A DNA stretch of 64,000 bases from contig CAVYTM010000001.1 in NCBI GenBank assembly GCA_963771555.1, forward strand, positions 633,064 through 697,063. Reading direction: 5' to 3'. Position 1 is the first letter of the stretch, and the number at the start of each line of letters is the position of its first letter. Shown piece after piece: positions 46,126 through 56,048 of the stretch. The notes below the pieces were generated by a model. The model was given only the letters and a program-made list of their open reading frames with translations, had not been told where the DNA came from and searched no databases. The position numbers and the translations under genes are program-made. This stretch comes from an uncultured Thermoplasmata archaeon (GTDB taxonomy: Archaea; Thermoplasmatota; Thermoplasmata; Lutacidiplasmatales; UBA184).

Positions 46126-46703
46126 CGACGCGCCTCCCGGAGGAAATTACGAAGCAGGGCGGGGCCGCTGCGGGTCAGGTACGACTCGGGATGGAACTGG
46201 ACCGAACTGACCGGACGGGCGCGGTGGCGCAGGGCCATCACGATGCCGTCCTCGCCGCGGGCCGATACTTCGAGTGACGCCGGGACGGAAGCGGGCCGGA
46301 CCATCAGCGAGTGATAGCGCGCCACCATGGTCGGCGACGGCACCCCCCGGAACAGCCCGCGTCCGTCGTGCGTGATGCGGGTCACGTCGCCGTGGACCGG
46401 CTCGGGAGCATGAACGACCGTCCCTCCGTAATGCTCCGCGATGAGCTGGTGGCCGAGACAGACGCCGAGGAACGGTCGCTCTTCGTCCCAACGGCGCAGC
46501 AACGTACGGGAAAGCCCCGTCAGTCGTCGGTCCCCCGGGTGCCCCGGGCCGGGCGAGAGGACCACCGCATCGGGGTCGACGCGAAGCGCCTCGCGAAGCG
46601 GGACCGTCGAGCGAAGGCAACGGACGGTGGCGCCCTCGCTCGAGAGTCCCTGCTCGATGTTGTGAACAAAGGAGTCCTCGTGGTCGATAAGAAGGACCTT
46701 CAT
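46122..46703 (-). CDS. trpG: anthranilate synthase component II (glutamine amidotransferase)
   Basis: MKVLLIDHEDSFVHN, CLGHQ catalytic Cys, FHPES. ATG at 46703 overlaps the trpE stop (ATGA); the first 71 codons of ORF 46122-46916 are Arg-rich. Confidence 0.85.
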   Translation of the reverse strand: MKVLLIDHEDSFVHNIEQGLSSEGATVRCLRSTVPLREALRVDPDAVVLSPGPGHPGDRRLTGLSRTLLRRWDEERPFLGVCLGHQLIAEHYGGTVVHAPEPVHGDVTRITHDGRGLFRGVPSPTMVARYHSLMVRPASVPASLEVSARGEDGIVMALRHRARPVSSVQFHPESYLTRSGPALLRNFLREARR

Positions 46704-47887
46704 CGAGCCCCCCCGACCAGCGTCGCTTCCACCTGGCCCAGCTTTGAGAGGGTCTCTTCGAACTCGCGGGCCGGTCGCGACCGATGCACGATCCCAGCGC
46801 CCGCGGCCGTGTAGAGTCGGGACCCGGAGGCGAATCCGGAACGAATGGCGAGCGCGAAATCGGCCTCGCGATGGGGCCGCAGAAGGGCTACCGTCCCCGC
46901 GTACGGCCCTCTCCACGTCCCTTCTTCCCGGCGCAACAGCTCGGTCGCTCGGATCTTGGGGGCTCCGCTTACGGTTCCCGCGGGGAAGGCCGCCGCCAAC
47001 GCATTCCAGGGACCGACCCCGGGTTTGAGGTGTCCTGCGACCCGGCTCACGAGATGTTCCAGCCGTGCGTACTGTTGACGACGCTCTTCCCAGACCAGCC
47101 GCACGGACCCGGGCCGCGAGACCGAGCCGAGGTCGTTGCGGGCGAGGTCGACCAGCATGCGATGTTCGGCGAGTTCCTTGGGGTCGTCCGCCAGCGGCAG
47201 CCGTCCCTTACGCATCGGCCCCGCGGGGAGGGTCCCGGCGATGGGGTTCACGAACGCGCGGTCGCCGCGGACCTCGACCACCGACTCGGGCGTGGCTCCG
47301 ACGATCTCCCGATCCCCGAACTTGAGGTAGTAGAAGAAGGCGAACCGCTCCGTAGCCCGCAGCCGGCCCGCACGGTGCAAGAGGTCGTCCGGACGCGGCC
47401 ACTCCCGGCGGTGGGCCAGGACGACCTGGAACGCTTCGCCGTCTCGGATCGCCGCCACCAGGTTCCGGACGCCTCGAGAGAACGGGCCGGAAGGCAGAGT
47501 GTCGCGAACGGGCCGGGCGGGCCGAGTTCCCCGAAGAGCCTGGCGCGGAGGAAGCACTGGCCGAGAGACCCGCGGATTCCGAACGAAGGCGAGCTCACCG
47601 AGCGGAAACGGAGAGGCGGGAGGAAATCGAGCGAGGGCCGGCTCGAAAAGTCCGACCGAGTCGAACCCGACGTATCCGATGACCGCCGACCTCGGGGTGG
47701 ACAGAAACCGCTCCGTCCTCCGGGAGAGGTCCGGAAGGTTGCTCCTTTTCGACAGGGTCACGATATCGTCGACCCGGTCGAACGACACCGCTAGGCCCGT
47801 TCGCCCGGGGCCGGCCGCCGCGCGCTCGAAGTACCCGGTGACCTCACGGTTGGGGGCACTCGCCGCAAACTCCTCCCAGGGCGTCAC
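46700..47887 (-). CDS. trpE: anthranilate synthase component I (chorismate-binding)
   Basis: Chorismate-binding C-terminal region MLVDLARNDLGSVSRPGSV, GTVSGAPKIRA, GPYAGTVALL. Confidence 0.85.
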   Translation of the reverse strand: MTPWEEFAASAPNREVTGYFERAAAGPGRTGLAVSFDRVDDIVTLSKRSNLPDLSRRTERFLSTPRSAVIGYVGFDSVGLFEPALARFPPASPFPLGELAFVRNPRVSRPVLPPRQALRGTRPARPVRDTLPSGPFSRGVRNLVAAIRDGEAFQVVLAHRREWPRPDDLLHRAGRLRATERFAFFYYLKFGDREIVGATPESVVEVRGDRAFVNPIAGTLPAGPMRKGRLPLADDPKELAEHRMLVDLARNDLGSVSRPGSVRLVWEERRQQYARLEHLVSRVAGHLKPGVGPWNALAAAFPAGTVSGAPKIRATELLRREEGTWRGPYAGTVALLRPHREADFALAIRSGFASGSRLYTAAGAGIVHRSRPAREFEETLSKLGQVEATLVGGAR

Positions 47888-49206
47888 CGGCCCTCGGCAT
47901 CGTGCACGAGCGCCCGATGGAGTTCCCGAAGGACCTCCGGTCCCCGACCTTCGGGGACGGCGAGCGAGAGGGCACGGGGAGTGGCGCTGAATCCTTCGGC
48001 ACCGGCGAGCGTCGCGGATGGGATGCGGGAGACGTCGTCGAGGACGCCGTCCCCGATCACGGTGACGAGCGCCACGCGGTACGGTCCATCGACCATCGCC
48101 GCGGCCTCTCGGGTCACGGGAGCCAGCGCACGGATGGCGGTGAGCACCTGATTCGGCTCGAGCACGAGGCAGAGCAGCGCGGACGAAGTGTAGAGCTGAA
48201 CCAGGTTGACGCCGGCCGCCGAAAGTCGCTGGGATACCTCGGCCACGATCCCCGGCCGTTGTCGGCCGCCCGGGACCCTCAAGCGAAGGAGTCGGAGATG
48301 TCGCAGCATCGTGAGCGCGCGGTTGTGTCGACCGACGCGCGCGGGCGCGATCGTGGTGACCACGCTCGGGTCGTCGAGCGAGCGCACCTTGAGTACCATC
48401 CCTTCGGCGCGGGCCGGTTCGATCGTGAGCGGATGCAACACCCTCGCACCGAACTGGGCGAGCTCCTCGGCCTCCTCGTAGGAAAGCTCGGGGATCGGCC
48501 GGGCGTTCGGCACCTCGCGCGGGTCGGCCGAGAGGACCGCGACATGACGCTTCACCAGTTCCACACGGGAGGCCCCGAGGAGCGCCCCGATCGCCGAGGC
48601 CGCGTAGTCCGAACCTCCCCGACCCAGCGTCGCCACGCGCCCTTCGAGGCTGCGGCCGAAATATCCGGTCACGACGGGGATTTCTCCTCGGGCGAGGAGC
48701 CGTCCGAGCCCACGGCGCACGGCGACGCGAGAGCGGTCGAACAGGATGCAGGAAGCGCCGTACGTGTTGTCCGTGATGAGGCCGAGATGGTCGGCCTCGA
48801 CCGCGACCGCGGGCACGCCGGCATCGCGGAGTCGGGAGACCAGCCAGTGGACCGCGAGCCGCTCCCCCTGGCTAAGGACACGGTCCGAGAGCGCCGGTTC
48901 GGGGTCGGGAGTCGCTTCCACGAGGAGGAAGAGGCGGGCGAGTCGGTCGAGCTGACGGCGGCCGGCCACCGGGAGCCCTGGATGCGCGCGCCGGACCTCC
49001 TCGAGGATCTCCCGATGTCGGTCCTTCGACCTCGGGTGGGCGAGGGCCTCCGAGAGGAGGTCGGTGACGCCCTCACGTGCGGAGGCGACGACGACCAGGC
49101 GAACCCCCTCCGCACGAAGAGCGCGGACGTCGGAAAGGACTCCGGCGGGGTCGGCGAGGGATGCTCCGCCGAATTTCAGGACGACCGGGGGCATCCGTCG
49201 GGTCAC
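47884..49206 (-). CDS. aspartate kinase (aspartokinase) with C-terminal ACT domains
   Basis: VVLKFGGASLAD; TLGRGGSDYAASAIGALLGA...DPREVPNARPIPELSYEEAEELAQFGARVLHP amino-acid-kinase signature. Confidence 0.85.
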   Translation of the reverse strand: MTRRMPPVVLKFGGASLADPAGVLSDVRALRAEGVRLVVVASAREGVTDLLSEALAHPRSKDRHREILEEVRRAHPGLPVAGRRQLDRLARLFLLVEATPDPEPALSDRVLSQGERLAVHWLVSRLRDAGVPAVAVEADHLGLITDNTYGASCILFDRSRVAVRRGLGRLLARGEIPVVTGYFGRSLEGRVATLGRGGSDYAASAIGALLGASRVELVKRHVAVLSADPREVPNARPIPELSYEEAEELAQFGARVLHPLTIEPARAEGMVLKVRSLDDPSVVTTIAPARVGRHNRALTMLRHLRLLRLRVPGGRQRPGIVAEVSQRLSAAGVNLVQLYTSSALLCLVLEPNQVLTAIRALAPVTREAAAMVDGPYRVALVTVIGDGVLDDVSRIPSATLAGAEGFSATPRALSLAVPEGRGPEVLRELHRALVHDAEGR

Positions 49207-50285
49207 CGAGATACCTCCCGAGCCGGACGTAGGAAACCTTTCGCGAAGGCGAGCTCAGCGTTGAGGACGGAAGCGCCCGCGCCCCCTCGCACCGCGTTGT
49301 GCGTGAGGACGAAGAATCGGAGAAACGGAGGCTCCCAACGGATCCTTCCCACGACCGCGGCCATCCCGCGAGCACGCACGGGGTGCCCCGCCCACCGGTC
49401 CCGCAACGGCTGCGGACGGTCGGCCTGGGGTCGAAGCTCGATCGGCGGAGTCGGTGCGGTGGGCAGGTTCAGGTCGCGCAAGGGGTCGAACGACCTCCAC
49501 GCGCTTTCGATCTCCGCAAGGCGGGGTCGTCGTGTCGATTCCACCGTGACCGCTTCGAGGTGTCCTTCGCGGGTAGCGACCCGGACGCAGTGGGCGAGTA
49601 CCGGTACGGGCGAGGGCACGACGGTGCGAGCCTTCCAGTGGCCCAAGATCCGCGCCGACTCGCGTTGGATCTTCTCCTCCTCTTCCCGGATGAACGGCAC
49701 GACATTGTCCGCGATAGAGAGAGAGGGCACCCCCGGATAGCCCGCCCCGGAAAGAGCCTGATACGTGGCGACATGAACCGCCCGAGGTCCGACCAAATGC
49801 TGGATCGGCGCGAGCGCGAGCACAAGTCCGGTGGTCGAGCAGTTGGGGTTGGTGACGAGGATCCCCGAGCGCGAGGGTCGCTTCGACAGCAGGTCGAGGT
49901 GGTCCGCGTTCACTTCGGGAACCAAGAGGGGAACACGGGGGTCCATCCGGTGGTCCGCCGCGTTAGAGAAGACCGACACTCCGCGTCGGACGAGCTCGGA
50001 CTCGAGCGGGCCGGCAGTTCCCGAGGGCAGCGCCGAAAACGCTACCTGGATCCCGTCCCGCGCGAGCATCGCCGCGGACCGGGCGACGAGCCGTTGCTCC
50101 TCGAGCGAGCCGGGAGGTGCTTCCGCGAGTTGCCAGACGTCGCCCAGCGTTCGACCTTCGGAGCGTTCGGTCGCCACGAGGAGCGGCGAGTCGAACGTGG
50201 GATGCTCGGCGAGCAGCCGCGCAAAGTGCTGTCCGATGTACCCGCTCGCACCCAGGATGGCGCAGGGGATCCGCGGCCCGGTCAC
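49203..50285 (-). CDS. asd: aspartate-semialdehyde dehydrogenase
   Basis: AILGASGYIGQ NAD-binding motif, LSGAGYPG, active-site region. GTG start at 50285 overlaps the aroC TGA (GTGA). Confidence 0.85.
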   Translation of the reverse strand: MTGPRIPCAILGASGYIGQHFARLLAEHPTFDSPLLVATERSEGRTLGDVWQLAEAPPGSLEEQRLVARSAAMLARDGIQVAFSALPSGTAGPLESELVRRGVSVFSNAADHRMDPRVPLLVPEVNADHLDLLSKRPSRSGILVTNPNCSTTGLVLALAPIQHLVGPRAVHVATYQALSGAGYPGVPSLSIADNVVPFIREEEEKIQRESARILGHWKARTVVPSPVPVLAHCVRVATREGHLEAVTVESTRRPRLAEIESAWRSFDPLRDLNLPTAPTPPIELRPQADRPQPLRDRWAGHPVRARGMAAVVGRIRWEPPFLRFFVLTHNAVRGGAGASVLNAELAFAKGFLRPAREVSR

Positions 50286-51367
50286 GGTAGAAAGCCTCCG
50301 CGGAGCCCGAGGTCCGCGAGCGCGATCCCGGCGACCGATTCGAGAACCACCACCGCGCGAGGAACGATGCACGGGTCGTGTCGGCCCGTCACGCCCAGCG
50401 TAGCCGAGGTGCCGTCACCGAGGTTCACCGTACGCTGGCTCCGCGCGATCGACGACGTGGGCTTCACGGCCACCCGGAAGACGAGCGGCATACCCGAGGA
50501 CAGGCCCCCGAGGATCCCTCCCGCATGGTTGGTCTCGGTCCGGACCTTTCCGTTCACCCAGACGAACGGGTCGTTGTGCTCGCTGCCCCGCATCGCCGCC
50601 GCGCGAAAACCGGCGCCGAACTCGATGGCCTTCACCGCGGGTACCGCGAAAGCGATGTGAGCGACCGAACTCTCGATGGAATCAAAAAAGGGTTCTCCGA
50701 GACCGACGGGAATCCCGTCCGCGCGGACCTCCACGACCCCACCGAGGCTGTCGCCGTCCCGCCGGGCGTCCGCGATCGCTTCCTCCATTCGGCGCGCGGC
50801 GTCCGTGTCGGGGCACCCCACCTCGTTCGTTCTCGAGCGCGAGCGCAGATCCTCGAAGTCGTGATCCTCGGACAGGTTCGCATCGATCCCTCCGATCGAG
50901 CGCGTGTACGCGACGACTTCGATCCCGTGGGCCGAGAGAAGCGATTTCGCGATCGACCCGGCGATGACGAGGCCGACGGTCATCCGGCCGGAGAAGATGC
51001 CGCCCCCCGACAGGTCCGCGTCCGGCCCGTAGCGCACCCGCGCCGGATAGTCAGCGTGTCCGGGCCGAGGCGTGTCCTTCATCCGGTCGTACGGAGCCCG
51101 TCGGATGTCCTCGTTCGCGACGTGCGCGCGGAGGACGGAACCGTCGGACCTTCCGTTCGCGAGCCCAGCGTCGATCTGGAGTCGGTCCTCCTCTTGCCGC
51201 CGAGTGGCCAACCGACGACCGACCGGGCGCCGCCGGTCGAGGTCTTCCTGAATCCGGACCGAGTCGACGAGGGTGCCCGCAGGGATTCCCTCGACCTCGA
51301 CGCCGACTTCCGGTCCGTGGCTCGTGCCGAAGAGGGTCACTCGGAACCTCTCGCCGAATCGCATCAT
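50282..51367 (-). CDS. aroC: chorismate synthase
   Basis: FGTSHGPEVG, GRSSARET-like and GGISGG motifs; 361 aa. Confidence 0.85.
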   Translation of the reverse strand: MMRFGERFRVTLFGTSHGPEVGVEVEGIPAGTLVDSVRIQEDLDRRRPVGRRLATRRQEEDRLQIDAGLANGRSDGSVLRAHVANEDIRRAPYDRMKDTPRPGHADYPARVRYGPDADLSGGGIFSGRMTVGLVIAGSIAKSLLSAHGIEVVAYTRSIGGIDANLSEDHDFEDLRSRSRTNEVGCPDTDAARRMEEAIADARRDGDSLGGVVEVRADGIPVGLGEPFFDSIESSVAHIAFAVPAVKAIEFGAGFRAAAMRGSEHNDPFVWVNGKVRTETNHAGGILGGLSSGMPLVFRVAVKPTSSIARSQRTVNLGDGTSATLGVTGRHDPCIVPRAVVVLESVAGIALADLGLRGGFLP

Positions 51368-52638
51368 TTTCCCGACGCTCCTTCCGAAAGACTTCCGAGG
51401 GCGCTCCAGAACGCCGGAAATGACTTCCGAACGCTCTCGCGATCGCCGATGGATGAATTCTTTCGAGCCGCGAGCGCCCCCACGGCCGCGCTCATCACGA
51501 GCCGGTGATCCGAAAGATGGTCCATGTGAAGCGCACGGGGCCGGGGCGTGCCGTGAATGAGGAGGCCCGCCGATGTGATCTCCGCCGTGGCCCCCAGACG
51601 GCGCACGAGGCCGGCGGTGGCGGCGCGACGGTCGGATTCCTTGAGCACGACGTGCTCAGCTCCGCCGAGTCGGCTTGCTCCCGGGATGGTGGCCGCGAGG
51701 ACCCCCGCCAGAGGGTACAGGTCCGGAGCATCCGTTAGGTCAACCCGGAATGGCTTCGGAGCCCCCCCGCTGACGGTTGCGCCGTCGTGGTGCCGGGAAA
51801 CGGTCGCTCCGGCGGCACGCAGGAGGTCGAGCACCGCGAGGTCTGCTTGCGGCCATATTCCCGAGATTCCGGTCACGCGCACCTTTCCCCCGCTGACCGC
51901 GGCCGCGGTCCAGAGGTACGCGGCGGATGAGGCGTCCCCTGGAACCGTGAAGCTCGACCCCTGGGGACGCTGCCGGCCGGGGATGTGGAACCGCCGGCCC
52001 CGCCGCCCGATGTTGATCCCGTGATGTTCCAACAGCCGGAGCGTGGCGTCGAGGTACGGTCGGGAAACGATCGTTCCGGTGAGCTCGAGGACGGAGTCCT
52101 CCTTGAGAGTGGGGAGCGCCAGGAGCAGCGCGGAAGCGAACTGGGATGTCTTCGAAGCGTCCAACGAGACCCGTCCGCCTCGTATGGGACCGCGGATGGT
52201 GACGGGCAGTCCGTGACCGCGCAGGTGCCGCACGTCCGCGCCCAAGATTCGCAACGCGCCGAGAAGCTCCTCGATCGGGCGCTGGGGCAATCGACCCGCA
52301 CCGTCGATCTGGACCGATCGGTCCGTGAGACCGGCGAGCGCGCACACGAAACGCAAGGTCGTTCCGGATTCACCGCACTGCACGCGGATGGCGTTCCGTG
52401 CCGGCCGGCGTAATGGAGCCGCGAGTTGCCAGAGGTTCTTCCGCCGACGGACCGCCGTTCCCAGACGTCCGAGGGCCGACGCGGTGGCGCGCGTGTCGTT
52501 CGAATCGAGAGGTTCCCGGACCCGGAACGTCCGACCGGACAGGTGGCCGACGACGAGGGCTCGATGCGTGTAGCTCTTCGAGGGCGGGGCACGGATCGTC
52601 CCGACGAGGGGTCCCGGTCGAACTACGATCGCGGTCAC
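51364..52638 (-). CDS. aroA: 3-phosphoshikimate 1-carboxyvinyltransferase (EPSP synthase)
   Basis: PPSKSYTHRALVVGHLS, LDSNDTRATASAL, RPIEEL, DHRLVMSAAV. Confidence 0.85.
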   Translation of the reverse strand: MTAIVVRPGPLVGTIRAPPSKSYTHRALVVGHLSGRTFRVREPLDSNDTRATASALGRLGTAVRRRKNLWQLAAPLRRPARNAIRVQCGESGTTLRFVCALAGLTDRSVQIDGAGRLPQRPIEELLGALRILGADVRHLRGHGLPVTIRGPIRGGRVSLDASKTSQFASALLLALPTLKEDSVLELTGTIVSRPYLDATLRLLEHHGINIGRRGRRFHIPGRQRPQGSSFTVPGDASSAAYLWTAAAVSGGKVRVTGISGIWPQADLAVLDLLRAAGATVSRHHDGATVSGGAPKPFRVDLTDAPDLYPLAGVLAATIPGASRLGGAEHVVLKESDRRAATAGLVRRLGATAEITSAGLLIHGTPRPRALHMDHLSDHRLVMSAAVGALAARKNSSIGDRESVRKSFPAFWSALGSLSEGASGK

Positions 52639-53510
52639 GTTTCGTGGGCCTCCATCGAGGACATGCGGGTGAAGGGAACAACGACCTTTCGGGCGTCGTC
52701 GGACGGTAGGACGCGAATCAGGTCGGCGAGCCGGTCCGAAGGTGCGATCGCTGCCAGCGTCGGGCCGAGCCCGCTCACGCCGCTCGCGAGAGCCCCGTGG
52801 CTGCGAAGTCGGTCCCGTATTCCTTCGTACGAGTACCCCATGGCCCGCTCGACGAGCTGCGTGTTGAGCCGCATCGCGGTGAGCCAGTCGCCTTCGGTCG
52901 CGGCGCGCGATACAAGCTCGCCCGCCGCGCGTTCTTCCGAAAAGGCCGACCGCAGGTTCGGGGAAGGAGGATGCGCGTGCGCCGGAACGTAGAGCACGAC
53001 TCCCCAGGTGGGCTCGACCTCCGCCCGGCGGCGAACCTCGCCTCGTGCATTGTCCGTGAGTACGAATCCTGGTTCTAGGCCCGCGAGAGCGTCGTCCAAC
53101 GCTCCCGTCGCACTGACTCCGGCCCGCTTTCCCGCCTCGGCGGAGAGGAGACCGATCTCGAGCGCCGTCGGATCACGCCCGGCCGCCCTCGCGCAGGCGA
53201 GCAAGATCGCCGTGCTCACCGCGCTCGAGCTCTTGAGACCCCGAGCGACCGGGATCTCGGAGCTTAGCGAGAGTTGCACCGAGATGCCGGACTCCGGGAG
53301 GTACTTCTTCAGTCCCGATCGTAAGGATTCCTCCACCACCGAGGTCCGTGCCTCGGGAGGTATGTCCAGGATGGGTGGTCCGTTCGAAGCTGCCCGATTC
53401 ACGGTCACCTGTGCTGCCGCCCGGAGCTCGATTCCGACCGCGCATCCCATCCCGGTGGGCAATGCGTTGACGATCGTTATCGCCCCCGTCGTCCGCGCGC
53501 TCCCGTTCAC
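52635..53510 (-). CDS. shikimate kinase, archaeal GHMP-kinase type
   Basis: GHMP motif IVNALPTGMGCAVG and GHMP C-terminal domain. GTG start at 53510 overlaps the upstream TGA (GTGA). Confidence 0.8.
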   Translation of the reverse strand: MNGSARTTGAITIVNALPTGMGCAVGIELRAAAQVTVNRAASNGPPILDIPPEARTSVVEESLRSGLKKYLPESGISVQLSLSSEIPVARGLKSSSAVSTAILLACARAAGRDPTALEIGLLSAEAGKRAGVSATGALDDALAGLEPGFVLTDNARGEVRRRAEVEPTWGVVLYVPAHAHPPSPNLRSAFSEERAAGELVSRAATEGDWLTAMRLNTQLVERAMGYSYEGIRDRLRSHGALASGVSGLGPTLAAIAPSDRLADLIRVLPSDDARKVVVPFTRMSSMEAHET

Positions 53511-55009
53511 AGCGCCGCTCCTAGTTCGGCAGAAATCTGCTCGGGGGTGGGTTCGTTCCCCCACCAGATCCCGTAGCTCGCCGCTGCTTGATAGAGGAGG
53601 AGCCGTGCGCCGTCCTCGTAGGTCGCCCCGACCCCCTTCGCCGTGTCGCGGACAACGGGGCTCTCGGCGTCATAGACCCAGTCCACCACGTGGACGCCGG
53701 CGCGGATCCATTTCCGGATTTCCGGGACCGGACCGAATCCGAACGCGTCTCGGCCGAGCGTCGTGGCTTGGATGACGAGCGGGGGACCGTGTTCTTCCAT
53801 GCTGACGACCGATTCCGCGCCGAATTCCCGTGCGAGAAGCTCCGCGGTTTCCGGGCGCCGAGCCCAGATCTTGGCGGGCACCCCGAGGGAACGAGCCGCG
53901 GCAAGGGTGGCCCGGGCGGCACCTCCGGCTCCGATGACTCCGAGCGAGGTCCCGTCCCATCTTCCCGAGTCCCGAAGCTCCTCGAGGCGTCGCAGGATCG
54001 CGACGAGGTCCGTGTTCTCTGCTTCTACCCCGTCCGGAACGAGAGAAAGCGTGTTGGCGACGCCGCACGCGGTGGCGCCCGGTCCGACCCGGTCGGCGAG
54101 TTCCAGAGCGACCTCCTTGAACGGGTGCGTCACGTTGAATCCCCGTAAGCCCTCGTCGAAGAGCGGAGGGATCGACTCGACGAACTCTCGGTCGGATTCG
54201 AACTCGAGGGCCACATAGAGTCCCACCTCGTGGCGCTCGCGCATCCAATGGGCGTGGATCGCCGGGCTTCGCGAGTAGGAGACCGGGCGCCCAACCAGAG
54301 CGAAGATGGGCGGCCTCCCTTCGGCGTCCAGGAAGTCACGGAGCCGATCGGCGGGGATCTGGCTGGGCTCGAGCGCGGGAGGCGGGCTCGCCGGGCTCCC
54401 TTCCGGAAGCGAGGCATATACGATCGGGAAGCCGAACCTTCGGGACCACGCTCGAAGCAGGGGACCCGAGGACCCGGTGGTGAGCGCGACGAGCGGTGAC
54501 TCTCCCGCGGGGGGCAACGCGGGCAGGAACTCTCGAAGGAGCTGTCCGACGGACGCCGAGGCCACGACCTTCCGGATCGAACCTGGGGGGACCTTCGTTC
54601 GCACGAGGCGGCTCCATTCTTCCACCGTGACCGGACTACGGCAATGGCTCGAGACGATCAGCCCCAGCTGTCCGGGTCGGGCGAGGGACTCGGCGAGCCG
54701 CAGGTCGCGCGCGAGCTCGATATCCACCCATCGAAACGGATGGCGCGAGAACTCGAAGAGGAGTCGGGCACGGCTCTCCGGGTCATCGGGTCCCTCTCCT
54801 CCTTCGGCACGGGAGCGCAGCGTGGCGACAAGCGGGACCCTCGAGGGGAATAATTCCGGGACCCGAACGACCTCGGTCTCGGGAAACCGGTCGAACCGGA
54901 TCTCGAAGAGGTCTACCTCCGTCCCGGCCGCTCCTTCCATCTGGGCCCGAGCTTCCGCGACGCCGCGAGCCGGAAGAGTGACGATGATCGAGGGAGGACC
55001 GGAATTCAT
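53507..55009 (-). CDS. bifunctional 3-dehydroquinate dehydratase (type I) / shikimate dehydrogenase fusion
   Basis: N-terminal DHQase-I-like IIVTLPARGVAEARAQMEGAAGTEVDLFEIRFDRF. C-terminal AroE SPAIHAHWMRERHEVGLYVA...GFNVTHPFK and Rossmann GVIGAGGAARA; 500 aa. Confidence 0.75.
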   Translation of the reverse strand: MNSGPPSIIVTLPARGVAEARAQMEGAAGTEVDLFEIRFDRFPETEVVRVPELFPSRVPLVATLRSRAEGGEGPDDPESRARLLFEFSRHPFRWVDIELARDLRLAESLARPGQLGLIVSSHCRSPVTVEEWSRLVRTKVPPGSIRKVVASASVGQLLREFLPALPPAGESPLVALTTGSSGPLLRAWSRRFGFPIVYASLPEGSPASPPPALEPSQIPADRLRDFLDAEGRPPIFALVGRPVSYSRSPAIHAHWMRERHEVGLYVALEFESDREFVESIPPLFDEGLRGFNVTHPFKEVALELADRVGPGATACGVANTLSLVPDGVEAENTDLVAILRRLEELRDSGRWDGTSLGVIGAGGAARATLAAARSLGVPAKIWARRPETAELLAREFGAESVVSMEEHGPPLVIQATTLGRDAFGFGPVPEIRKWIRAGVHVVDWVYDAESPVVRDTAKGVGATYEDGARLLLYQAAASYGIWWGNEPTPEQISAELGAAL

Positions 55010-56037
55010 CGCTCGATGATCGTCTCCTCGACGGACTGTCCCAGGTGGCGAGCCGGCGACATCGTCACCCCGTGGACCCGGGTCCCCGCGGCCAGTTGCG
55101 TGGTCGGCACCCGCGCCGACTCGGTGGAGAGCCGGACGGTCTCGGCTTCCTGCAGGAAGACGGTACGGTTCGATCCCTCGACCAGCGCGGAGACGACCAC
55201 GAGCGGGCGTCGCTCGATCTTGATCCGTCCTACCCTAACCGCTCGGCTCGGGCCCCCCGGGCGGCTCATGAGGACCGCATCCCCCGGCTCCAGTTCCGAA
55301 AGGTACCGGGTCGATCCATCGCTCATCAGAACATAGGAATGCGCGGAGCCCGCGTTCACCCGGAACGCGCGGGGACGGCTGAACTGGGAACCCACCGCTT
55401 CGCTCGCGACATGGAAGAGGAAGCCCGCCGCGCTGCCGACCAGAAGCCCCTCGGCGGGGTCGAGCAGCGACGTGGTGTCGACGAGAACCCGGTCGCCGAG
55501 CCCCATTGGCCGAACGGCGGAGACGGGTACAAGCGTCCAGTCGAGGCGCACTGGGAGCGGACCGTCCAGAAGGGCTTCGAGCTCATCCACTTCCTGCGGT
55601 GAGCGGACCTCGACGATAACCCGGTGAGCTCCGTGCTCGAGGGCACCGAGAGCTCCGGGAACCTCGCGAGGACCACGGGCGATTACCCAGAGATCGAAAC
55701 GACGACCCGCCGCGGCGATGGCGTTCTCGAGCGGGATGACGCGATCGCCGGTCCACTCGATGGCTAGGATCCCTCCGAGCGGAGTGGAGCGAACGGCGGA
55801 ATCGAGGGCCACCGAGTCGCCGACCGACACCACGGGGATGACGTAGGGCTCCTTCCCCCGAACGGTGAGGCGACCCTTCCCTCGTACGAGGACTTCCTCT
55901 CCCGAGACCGCTTCGATCGGGTCGCCCTCGTCGAGGGCGTACCGGGTGAATCCTCTCCGGCGAGCGCGCTCGAGGATCGCCGCCCGCTCCCCGCGAGAGG
56001 CGGCGGTGGGGGCGACCGTTACCCGCTCGCGCGTCAC
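55006..56037 (-). CDS. 3-dehydroquinate synthase II (archaeal type)
   Basis: ~343-aa archaeal DHQS-II-like protein following the ADH synthase gene. Start proposed at GTG 56037, preceded by TAGGAGAT. The upstream ~120 codons of ORF 55006-56406 are Arg-rich and overlap the upstream gene. Confidence 0.7.
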   Translation of the reverse strand: MTRERVTVAPTAASRGERAAILERARRRGFTRYALDEGDPIEAVSGEEVLVRGKGRLTVRGKEPYVIPVVSVGDSVALDSAVRSTPLGGILAIEWTGDRVIPLENAIAAAGRRFDLWVIARGPREVPGALGALEHGAHRVIVEVRSPQEVDELEALLDGPLPVRLDWTLVPVSAVRPMGLGDRVLVDTTSLLDPAEGLLVGSAAGFLFHVASEAVGSQFSRPRAFRVNAGSAHSYVLMSDGSTRYLSELEPGDAVLMSRPGGPSRAVRVGRIKIERRPLVVVSALVEGSNRTVFLQEAETVRLSTESARVPTTQLAAGTRVHGVTMSPARHLGQSVEETIIER

Positions 56038-56048
56038 GGACCGATCTC

